The notes beneath the pieces were generated by a model. The model was given only the letters and a program-made list of their open reading frames with translations, was not told the DNA's origin and made no database searches. The position numbers and the translations under genes were made by a program. From Blasia pusilla (lineage: Eukaryota), in the NCBI GenBank assembly GCA_050084515.1, contig CM114271.1, positions 45,322,001-45,386,000 on the forward strand: 64,000 nucleotides of DNA. The letters are read 5' to 3'. Shown piece after piece: positions 28,150-38,800 of the stretch. Each line of letters opens with the position of its first letter. Positions within the stretch are counted from its first letter, which is position 1.

Positions 28150-28573
28150 GCATGGATTACGACTCAACCCATCTACATCTTGGTTGAGCATCCCAAGTCT
28201 ATGTACCACCTAAAAATCATACTCCTGCAACAACAGAGCCCATCTCGCAAGCTTCCCTGTAAGCTTGTCGGACTCCATCAACCACTTTAGTGGTTGATGA
28301 TGAGTGATGATGGTAAAGGGGTTGACGAATAAGTAACACCTGAAATGCGCGACAGCCCACATCGCAGCCAAGCACTCACCCTCATACGAGCTGTACTTCA
28401 CCTATGTTGTTTGAGCGGCTAGCGGAAGCCACCACCAACTCTCTACCCTCATCATCATGCTGAGTGAGTACCGCTTCAAGCCCCAACATGCTCCAATCTG
28501 TGTGCAACTGGAAAGGACGCCCCCCGATCGGTCTCCTCAAGATGGGCGAGGACGTCAACATGTCCTTGAGCAA
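28150..28573 (-). pseudogene. Copy 2 RNase H (Ty3/gypsy type)
   Basis: FQLHTDWS..AVLTQ..VVASASRS; YSSYEGECLAAMWAVAHFRCYL..HQPLKWL. Confidence 0.93.
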
Positions 28574-28599
28574 CTAAAATGCTTGCTCCTGCTTATCCT

Positions 28600-29410
28600 T
28601 GCCACTCGTGATCCATCTTGGTCAACAAGGTTAGTGGCTTCGCAATCGAATCTGAATCCCTTGAGGTATCGCCGATAGAAGTTCGCCAATCCCATGAATG
28701 CGCGAACACGACTCACATCTATAGGGCGTGGAATGCGTGAGATAGCCTCTACCTTCGTCTGTTGAACACCAAAGCCCCTTGGGTATATCGTATGATCCAA
28801 GTACTCAATCTAGTCGTAGAAGAACTTGCACTTGCCTGGATGTAGCTTCAACCCATGTAATTGCAATCGTCGAAACACCTCCTCTAGATGTCACTTATGC
28901 TCCTCAATCGTGGCGCTAAAGACTACGATGTCATCAATATAACACCTAGCAAAATCCAGACCACCCAAGATCCTATCCATGACCCTCTGAAACTTAGCCG
29001 GGGCGTTCTTTAACCCAAATAGTAAGAACCGCCACAAGTACAAACAATCCTTCCCGTGAGGATCGATGCCCCAAAATGCCGTCCTCTGCGTATCCTCCAA
29101 TTTGATAGGCAGCTGATGGTATCCTGCTCTCCAAATCCAATGAACTAAAGACCTTTGCATGACCAATCACATCAAAGATCTCCTCAGGGGTGGGCATGGC
29201 ATACCTATCGGACTTTTTCTGCCGATTGATAGGTCGGTAATCCCCACACATCCGCCTATCCGTCTAGTTGCCATGCACATCCTTCTTGGCGGGCATGACA
29301 GTGGCAGATGCATACTCCCCATACGACATCTCCACTTGTCTTGCTCCGACAAGTCCTGGCTCCTACTCTGAATCAGAGCCCTCTCCATATCACTCTACCT
29401 GTAGGGTCGT
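28600..29410 (-). pseudogene. Copy 2 reverse transcriptase
   Basis: CGDYRPIN; FSSLDL; GYHQ; FGLKNAPAKFQRVMD; YIDD. Confidence 0.96.
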
Positions 29411-29899
29411 CGGAAGATCGGCGTATCACTTGACAACTCAATGCGGATCCCCGGTCCCTTCAGCGTACCCAGATCCTCCATGCTAAACGCAAAGTAGCTC
29501 TTATAACTCCTGAGGAACTGATGTATTCGGCGCCGCTCTCCTCCTATCAACTTAGGGCCCATATCTGGCTCCAAAGTCTCTATTGTCACTACAGTAGGAC
29601 TCTCCGGCAAGGGTATCGATGGTTGCTATGGTGCAACCCTGTCTCAAACAACAACACTCGGCCGCTCTCCTGTAGCAAAGTGCAAACTTTGATCTCCTCC
29701 ACATGCAGTGCCCAAAACCACGCTCCATGTTGTGGCAATCATCTCTTGGCGTACGTGCAAAACATCCCAAGAAGTCCAAGGGTGTCTCTCCCGATCTCCC
29801 CTGGTGTGTAGATCTCCTCGGGTCTCGCCCCCAGCCATTGCCTCCACCATCTTGGTAGGTATGGGGCTACCAACGCAACCGTTGTGATCTGTCGCAATC

Positions 29900-30540
29900 T
29901 CATTCGGCACTCCTCAGCCACTTCCAAGCTAAGGATCCATATCAAGCAGTTCAGGTCCATCGCCTCACCCAAAACATGGCATTGTGATGCCTCTGACACT
30001 GACGGTACTGCCGTCACTCTTGTGGAAAATCCCATCGCTCGCTCTCTCTCGTCGGCATTGGGCTCCACCAACCGCTGAACCTGGTCATCCCAAACCAAGC
30101 CAAGACCGGCCTCCCTGTATGCATAGGAAGCGGGAAAACTCACAAACATGGGCAAGGCTACCCGTGGCGTGCCTACCTTGTTGACCACAGTCAACGGTGG
30201 TCGATCATCGTGCCTCATTGCCTGTGATCGACGACCTGGATCCAGAATGGAATCCACTAACAAATGGGAGGGGCGCTCCACTCTCGCATATGCCCTGCGT
30301 AACACCCCATGGGACACCAAGTTGGTCCACCATAAACTCTGGTATCCCTGTACTGCGGACGCAGACAATAAGTCGGGAAAACGTAGGCGTAACTGTGCCA
30401 CATGTCGTAGTGAGATGCGCCTCGTAACATCATCACTCTCCATACACAAGTACTTCTGTACTCGCACTCCTGTCTGCAAAACAGCAACTAACCCGGTGTT
30501 AATCCCTCCAAAGAGATCTAACACTCGAATACCCTCATCC
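29900..30540 (-). pseudogene. Copy 2 C5 cytosine DNA methyltransferase domain (DNMT3-like), internally deleted
   Basis: Motif I IRVLDLFGGINTG, motif II YLCMESD, LWWTNL, motif IX EPNADERERAMGF, motif X HVLGEAMD. Motifs IV-VIII absent. Confidence 0.88.
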
Positions 30541-30889
30541 GGGATACACCATACAATGGCTGAGGTATCCAAGGTTGTCATCGTAGGACTGCCTGCTACC
30601 TCGGGTTCCTCAGACCCATCACGCTTTGGTGCAAACGCCTTGCTCCACGCGGTCTGCACGTGCTCATCTGCCAGTCGTCAAAGCTCCTCAGTCGAGCCCC
30701 ACTGCGGCACCCCTCCTCCATGGAATGATGCGGCTACCTAACACTCCTCTCCATAGAAATGTCAAGAACGGGAGTATCCTCTGCATGGATATGTCCCTCA
30801 ATCAAATCACTAGGCCAAGTGATGGCACTGCTAAATGCTGCTAAGGTCGCCATCTCTCCTGGCCGTTGCTCGATCACTGCACCTGTGAA

Positions 30890-31334
30890 TTGAACAGGTA
30901 ATGAGCTAAGGTGCCCATCACCTGACTGCTATCTTGGTCTGTAGGACGTTGACTCCTCCCTATAATCCAGGGAAAAACCCCATCGAGTATAACATTGGTC
31001 CACCAACCAAGACGTCGTAGGACTCTACATCAGTAACTATCGCCTTGGCTCGCACCACGACCTCCTGTCAGGAGATATAGTCTGTGGTACTCCCTCCACC
31101 CAAGGATGTGTGTATCCGAAATGGACAACGCTCCACATCGGCTCTCGTCAAGCCCGAACCTCTAAATGACGCTTTCCCCAAGATCAGGGGTTGCGCTCCT
31201 AAATCCAACAAGACGGGTTGCGGACTAAAAGCTCTACCTCCATGACTCACCAACTGGAAGACCTCTCCTCGGTTATCCAGCAACACAACACCAGGAGAAG
31301 CCATGGCACGCTCTATCGCGGGTCTAGCGGGCAT
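30890..31334 (-). pseudogene. Copy 2 aspartic protease
   Basis: VLLDLGAQPLILG (D-S/T-G-A-like site) and downstream YDVLVGG. Confidence 0.8.
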
Positions 31335-32059
31335 CTCCCCATCTTAGCAACCGCAGCGTGACATGAATGTGACGTGGACGGCCCGAGCATCCGCTCCAAG
31401 GGCAGGTCCATCACCTCCTGTGCAATCACCTCTGAACGTGATGCAGGAACTCCAACTCCACGCTCACATAGCGTAGCGGCCAGCCGAAAAGCCTCGGCGG
31501 GCGTACCCCCGACGTCATAACATCGAAAGCAAAAAATCAAGGAGCGCGGTACACAATGGTGGTCATCCCCAACAACGTGCTCGACACATGCCCCTCGTGA
31601 GCATCAACAATAGGAGTCGTCGCACTCGCTTCTCCCATCGCCCTCTGTGCATGCAGACCAAAAACATCACCAACTCTCTAGGAACTCTGATCAGGACCCA
31701 TCGATGGGGTCCTCATCGCCTCGGACAACGTGAAAGACTAAAGAAGCCTAGTCTCTTTCCTCTCGCTGTGGATCCAACTCTGCGGTTGCTCCACGAGTCA
31801 CAACTGCGGCTGCCTCCATCTGGGAAACCCTGCACATCCAACCAGGATCCTCCATATCTCTGGCTGCTCCATATGATGTCGATGCCACGAATCCGGCATC
31901 GGGTAATCTCAATGCCAGAGCGGCAATCTGCTCCAATAGCTGATGTATCTGAACAGCCATCCTAGCCTCACTCCCAACATCTCCCTCGACGCGTCTAGGA
32001 AGTAGGACTCTACCTCCTCCACGGGCAGCTCCACCACCGTGTCGAGCAACTCCAGCTCC

Positions 32060-33286
32060 TCATCCCCCAATGGGACCACCTAGTACACGATCTCTAGGCC
32101 CACCCGGACCGGCTACTCGCTCTGGTGCCCTCTCCGGCCCTCGGTCCGCACGTAACTCAAGATGTAAACTGAAACACCTAGCGCGTGTATGACCATACCT
32201 CAGACAATAGTCACACTGATAACCTCCTGGTGTAGCACCATCTCCTCCTCCATGTTGAGGCATATGTCCATGACCCTGACGAGTGCAATGGCGCTGATGA
32301 TGGGCTACACCATATGACCAACAAGTAATAGTAGGCGGTTGCTGCTGAGCCACATATGAAGGCGCAGGTCTCTTTGGCATGGTCTCCCGGTATCCTCCAT
32401 GAGTTCGTGGTGCCATAGTCGACCTATCTTGGAGTCCACATTGCTGCACACATGGTGCAGACAATCGTGACTGCTCTCGCCCAGAACCCATGGTGGCTAC
32501 ACTCTCCTCCACCATGTTGCGCTAAATATTCTCAACGGTCCTAAAAAAATCTCTCAACGTAGGGGAGGTGTTAATAAGAAGCACCCCTCCCGCACCCGTG
32601 TCTGCAGGGTCTGGTCCAACATCGAGTACCATGACTAGATAGCATGAGCCTCTGTCACCCCCCTGAGTGACGTTGATCAATCGGCGCAAGCGAGTGTAAG
32701 CCTCACACAAACTCTCACCCAGGCGCCTCTGGAAGTCGTGGATGCTCCGCAACTTCTCCGTCCGTACCCCCTGGTACCTCGCGCTCAACTCAACAAACAA
32801 CTCAACCACCGAGTTGAACCTGGGACGAACCCGACTAGACGGTGCAACTGCTCCCGTGCAAGTGACCTTTCCTAAAACGTCACAAGTGGAAGAGGAAGTA
32901 GCCTCTCCTGACTCATCTGGGAATGGCTCCGTCCATGACACATAATGTGGGTCATATAAGAGCCTCCACGCCTCGATCTCACGTGCATATCTCTGAGAGA
33001 ACTCATGGTAATGGTCCATGGGCGCCCCCTCTAAATGCTGGAATATACCGTTCCATGCTTTAAATGGGTTGAACTCTCTAGAGTTCCTGGCCCGTTGGAA
33101 GTTGCACCAACTCCTAAACTCTGCTATGAAATCGTGCAATTCAATCGTACCTACTGCACTTGAAAACCTACGCGGGCCTCTACCCCGGTCCTCCATCTTG
33201 TACGCCCAACTGGTAGGACCACTCACAATGTGTGGTGATGTGCTCACAAACTCCTCTACACCCTCCCCCTCGTCTGACAATGACAA
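32060..33286 (-). pseudogene. Copy 2 gag with zinc knuckles
   Basis: 254-aa ORF (QHLEGAP..FQRRLGESLCEAYTRLRRL) followed by CWSYGVAHHQRHC and CDYCLRYGHTRARC. Confidence 0.85.
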
Positions 33287-34963
33287 AGAAGGAGGTCAAG
33301 GTGGTCTCTCACGTAGAGACCCTCAAAACCTTGCGCCACTCCCCGTAAAACCTCTAGAGCTACTCTCGGGTTCACCACCTCGCCTCTCAAAGTCCCGAAC
33401 GGACGCCATGATGACCCTCGTGCCCCTCTCACTCAATCACTCTCAACCTCACAACTAATCCCTCAATCACTCATCCCAAACATGCGGCACTTGATCTACA
33501 CTCTCCCTCCTCGAGACGTGTAACGTGCGGCAACAAGCGGCGTGGCGCGGCAAATCGACCAAGCTATCATCTCATCGACAACCTACCCTCAACTCTGGAC
33601 ATCCCACACAGGTCTATGTCCCTTAAACCACATACATAAATGATGCTCTCAACATCCACACAACCCAATATCCCCAAATAAACTACCCAAATCCTAGAAT
33701 CCCTCACGCGTGCAGGGTAAAGGACCAGAATGGGTAACCTAAACACATGTTGATGTCGCTCCTCAGCAACTGCAAATCTCGACCCCAACTCGGTCGTGGA
33801 GAAAACTACTCCAATCAGCAAGTCATACTCCTCCCGTATCGACATTGCTCAAAACTCCTCAATAGACAGTGTGGTTCCAGCGGAACGGTGCAGCGTTGCA
33901 GGCGGCACGGAACGGTTACGGACGGCACGGCCCTTGATGGTGGGATGCAACACTCGACGGCATACCCTCCACAATCAACAAAAAACCCACACACTGCTCC
34001 ACAATGATGAAGCGGCTTCGCGATCGAGAAGGTGCAGTGCAGCCACGAGCGGCACGGCGTGTTGCGGCTACGGGCGTCACGGCACAGTACTCGATCGTCA
34101 TCGAGCGGCTACTAATCACAACATAGCGGCATGAAATCAAAACTCAAACACCATAATTGGAGTTCATGTGCCATCATAGGTTGATGATGAACTGCAATGA
34201 TGGTGGCGGCCAAAACAAAATACGTGGTGGCGACGCAAATCAGAGAATCAACGAATGTCGTGGAAGACCCGCCACTCCGTAACGACGGCAATGGCAACCA
34301 AAGGGTGGACAACGGATGGTGGACCGTTGACGGTTGACCATTGATGGTGATGGCCAACTGGTGAGGTTGATGGTTGACCATTGATGGTGACTATGACGGC
34401 GACTGCCGCCGCCGGTGTGGCGGTTGCTTTAGGGTTTGAACAATTTAACCCTAAAAATCGCCTAGCAATGGAAATTTTGCAAGATTGACCATAACGTTTT
34501 GCTCGCAACTCCAAATTGCACATTGTTTGTTGCACAGCGTGCACAGCTTCACGATCTACAAGAATATCAAAAAATATTCAAAATCAAACATTATAGTAAA
34601 AATTGACAGGGACTGTCGTAAAGCCCAATGTCTCTTTCTCCTACACAAAATTTGGCAGCGCTTCCCCGCTGATTTCCCCAACGAAAATGTAAAACATGTA
34701 AAAACACAAATCAGAAAGCTACATGGTGCTCCCGAGAGCACTGGCATGGGGTAACCCATTATCAATCTCTATCAAAGATTGGGCAGCGCTTCCGCGCGCC
34801 ATTTTTTCACAAGAAAAATCGGCAAATACAAAGAATAATCAAAGCAGCCCTTGCTCTGGTGAGCACTCCCATGAGCCGGTGAACGGGGAACACGGTACCC
34901 AACCTGAAAAAATAGCGAGTGACCAACGAGCTTCCCCATGAAGCTCTCTCACTCTGTCATTCT

Positions 34964-34978
34964 CTCATTCTCTATTTG
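34964..34978 (-). promoter_or_regulatory. Candidate self-priming primer-binding site
   Basis: 34964-34979 is 15/16 complementary to 35140-35155 inside X and abuts the end of X; no TGG-type tRNA PBS is present. Confidence 0.65.
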
Positions 34979-35492
34979 TAAAGTAAGATCCAATCTCTCT
35001 CTACACCATCTCACACCATAACTCTCAAAGGTGTGCACTCTCTCTCATGTCAAACCAAACCCACTCTCCTCATAAGAGGCTTGGGTTACAATCACAAGGC
35101 AAGGAACCATAGTTCCGCCGCTTTATGCCAAGAAGTTCAACAAAGAGAGAATGAGCTCTCAAGCTCTCTCTCCTTGAGATATACCCCTCCCCTCTCCCAA
35201 GCTCTCTCCATGGTAACCTATTCTCCCAAGTCACCTCCTTGGCTCTTGACCTGATGTAAGAGGTCAAGGGCCACTTACCAAAAATATAAAGTCGATCATA
35301 TACTCAAAATGGTACTTACCTAAAATAGTAAGTTCCTCAATATGACTCCAAATGAACCGAAACGAAGGGGAAACCTGTTCTCTTAGGTTTCCTCGGGCCT
35401 CAGCAGGTCATCCTTGACCTAATGAGCTTGTCCTCCACTACTCACAAAGGCGTTCTACTAGATCTCACCAATCTACCCTAAAAGACATGACA
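34979..35492 (-). repeat. Copy 2 5' LTR-like repeat X (no adjacent Y)
   Basis: Homologous to 25728-26242; sense strand begins TGTCATG; TATA-like GGGTATATC about 28 nt upstream of Inr-like CTCATTC. Confidence 0.95.
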
Positions 35493-37494
35493 TCTGAAAT
35501 ATGCGAAAGCCCACACCGTCAGCCAAACAGTCACCCTCATACGAGCTATACTTCGCCTCTGCAGCGTTGTTCAAGCGACAAGCGTAAGCCACCACAAACT
35601 CTCTACCATCATCATCTCTTGCTCATCCCCTCAGTGCCACTCCTTATCCATCTTGGTCAGCAAGGTTAGCGGCTTCGCAATCGAATCGAAACCCTTGACG
35701 TACCGTCGATAGAAGTTTGCTAATCCCATGAATGCACAATCTTGACTCACATTTGTAGGGCGGGGAATGCGTGAAAAGCCTCTACCTTCGTCCTTTGCAA
35801 ACCAAGGCCTCCTAGGTATATCGAATGTGGTCGTAGAAGAACTTGCACTTGCCCAAATATAGCTTCAGCCCATGTAAGTGCAATCGTCAAAACACCTCCT
35901 CTAGATGTCGCTCATGTTCCTCAACCGTGGCGCTAAAGACTACGATGTCATAAATATAACACCTAGCAAAATCCAGACCTGCGAAGAACCTATCCACGAC
36001 CCTCTGAAACTCATCCGGGGCATTCTTTAACCCGAATAGTAAGAACCGTCACTCGTACAAACAATCCTTCCTGTGCGGATCGATATCCCAAAATGCCGTC
36101 TTCTGCATGTCCTCCAATCTGATAGGCAGCTGATGGTATCTGGCTTGCAAATCCAATGAATTGAAGACCTTTACATGCCCAATCGCATCAAAAATCTCCT
36201 CACGGGTGGGCATGGCATACCTATGGGACTTTTTCTGCCGATTGATAGGTCGATAATCTCCACACATCCACATATCCGTCCAGTTGCCATGCACATCCTT
36301 CTTGGCGAACATGACAGTGGCAGATGCATACTCTCCATGCAACATCTCCACTAGTCCTCCTCCAACCAACTCCTTGCTCCTACTCTGAATCAGAGCCCTC
36401 TCCATGTCACTATACTTGTAGGATCGTCAAAAGATCGGCGTGTCACTCGACAACTCAATGCGGATCCTTGGACCCTTCAACGTACATAAATCATGCATAC
36501 TAAATGCAAAACAACTCCTATAACTCCTCAGCAATTGATGTATCCAGTGTCACTCTCCTCCTGTCAACTCCGGGCCATCTCTAGCTCCCAAGTCTCCATC
36601 GTGACTATGGTAGGACTCACCGGCGCGGCTGTAGATGGTTGTTATGGTGCAACCCCATCTCGGATAACCAAACTCCATTGCTCCCCTGCAGCCAATTACA
36701 AATCGGATCTCTCTGTGCAGTACCCAAAACCATGCTCAATGTTGTGGCTACCATCTCCTGGCGTGCCTGCAAAACATCCCAAAAAGTCCAAGGGTGTCTC
36801 TCATTATCATCCCTGGTGTGTCGATCTCCTCGGGTCTTGCCCCCATCCATTGCCTCAACCGTCTCGGTAGGCATGGGGCTCACCAATGCAACAGCTATGA
36901 TCTGACATTGCTCAGCTACTCGTAAGCTAAAAATCCATGTCAAGAAATGCAGGTCCATCTCCTGACCCAAGACATGACATCCTGATAGTGACGGTATTGT
37001 CGTCACTCCTATGGGGAATCCCATGGCTCGCTCTCCCTCATCCGCATTGGGCTCCACCAACCCTTGTACCTGATCATCCCAAACCAAGCAAGGTCTGGCC
37101 TCATTGAATGCATAGGAAGCACAAATACTCACCAATGTGGGAAAGGTTTCCCGTGGCATGCCAATCCTCTTGACCATAGCCAACGGCGGTCGATCATCGT
37201 GCCTCACTGCTTGTGATCGACAACCCGGATCCAATATGGAATCCACCAACAACTAGGAGGGGCGCTCCACTCGCGCATATGCCCTCCATAACACCTCATG
37301 TGGGACCAAGTTGGTCCATCAAAGACACAAGCGGTGTGCTCTATAACCTACACTCGCCGCATCTAACAACATTGTCGTGCTTATCCATGCGCGCACCTGA
37401 TGTGCACTTTTCACCACGTGGGACCTCGAATCGCCCAAAACCGGCACATTCTCGAGAATGTATGCTGGAGGACGAGACTGATGCTCCTGTATGT
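35493..37494 (-). mobile_element. Ty3/gypsy element copy 1, 5'-truncated part (RNase H, RT, DNMT)
   Basis: RT CGDYRPIN..FNSLDLQARYHQ (36049-36405); collinear with copy 2 at 28340-30330. Confidence 0.92.
36890..37494 (-). pseudogene. Copy 1 DNMT3-like domain, motifs VI-X
   Basis: Manual translation PPAYILENVP (ENV at 37453-37445), LLDAASVGYRAHRLCL*WTNL, EPNADEGERAMGFP, HVLGQEMD. Confidence 0.9.
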
Positions 37495-38800
37495 AAGCAC
37501 AAATTTCTAATGTAATCCTATTGATGTCTCAATTCTGCACCCAAAAGATAATGTGGTAGTTTAAGCTGCCTCGTACCTAATGACATAGTCTAGAATACGT
37601 CCTAATAATTGAAGTCCAGAGAATATATATGGAATGAAGAAGGTATGCAGTTTTGTGTGAAAAAATTGTGCACACTTAGAAGGCCCATCACGCCATGTGA
37701 ATTCTGGATTGAATCTCTGGAGGATGGCTTCTACATGTGCTATCTCATGCCATCGTGTTGCGGAGACCTCATCAGTTGTGAGAGTTAGAAAAAAGTGAGG
37801 CATACCCCATTTATGGACCATTTCTTTTAGGTCTTTTAAGTGTCTCCTATGCCAACATGGGCTACCAGGTATTTGTGGACTAAGAGAGTGTTTAGACAAA
37901 TGGTGGTACAAGTCTTCCTCACACAGATGGGGTTTTTCCTTCCTTAGTCTGTCTAGGTCCTTATTTACAATGAAGGAATGAGATGTTGAACACACCGATA
38001 TCGAATTTTGTAACTGGTACATGACTAGAATGTGCAGTTTGTATAAGGAAAATGGGCCGAATATTTGTTTTGATGTGAGCGGCATATAATCCGAGAATGA
38101 GCCAACACCATGAAAGTATCCTTTTAAGTAAGGGAAAAGAAACAGGAATATCCCAATTTCTATAGTAAGTCGTTTATTAGTAGATGCACATACGGAATCA
38201 GTAGGGAAGTGCTCTCTACTATTGGCTTCTTTTTTTAATACTATACAACCATTGTCAAAGATGTCTGAGGATTTTTTTGATCTAGTTGGGAGACAATATG
38301 TAATATAATGTAAAATATTCAACTCTGGCTGGTATGGGTTAAATTACATGCTATTTGTTACCTGGCCCTTTTCTTGGGCAGCTTTGAGTATAGATGTTAC
38401 AACTCAGCCAGAAGAACAACTTATCCAGCAGATGGTTTAGGTAATTCAAGCAGACACTTGTAGTCCTTATACAGATCATTGACAACGAGGTTTGTGACCA
38501 AGACTTGTTTGATGCTATCTATTATGGACTCAATTTTTTCCCTTGAAGCTGATTCAAGGTTCCAAGAAATAAGAGGGGAATCTAACAGTGATGTAGGGTT
38601 GAAAAACCCCCTATGGAAACCATTGAATTTGCTAACAATACCAATTTTGGAGTCCACGATCGAGAGAAGCTATAATACGAAGAGGATTGGACGATAAAAT
38701 GCTCCATATATAAGTAGGTGTCATGTACACATTCAAGCCAGTCCGAGGTTGGTCTGTTGTACAGAGATCGCATGCATAGAATTCTCCTCCTGGGGGATTA
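37495..38800 (-). pseudogene. Helitron2/Helentron-type Rep N-terminal remnant (no helicase retained)
   Basis: FLFLFPY, IPGSPCWH..LKDLKEMV..GMPHFFLTLTTDE..W.E (motif 1), YVIRYE../GSLNYHIIFW (motif 2, frameshifted). Confidence 0.82.

Larger units (their letters stand above)
25601..35492 (-). mobile_element. Ty3/gypsy element copy 2, structurally complete (9892 bp), DNMT- and PHD-carrying, split direct repeats
   Basis: TG...CA termini. 4-bp TSD TATG (25597-25600)/TCTG (35493-35496). The RNase H of copy 1 reads continuously across the insertion. Order gag-PR-DNMT-RT-RH-INT-PHD. Confidence 0.95.

Noticed and set aside
30148-33458. Long + strand ORFs (30148-30741, 33018-33458 and others)
   Set aside because: Antisense shadows of the gag/pol frames, with no independent motifs
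25601-35492. DIRS/Ngaro (tyrosine recombinase) classification suggested by the split repeats
   Set aside because: A protease, HHCC/DDE integrase, TG..CA ends and a TSD are present; no YR motif was seen
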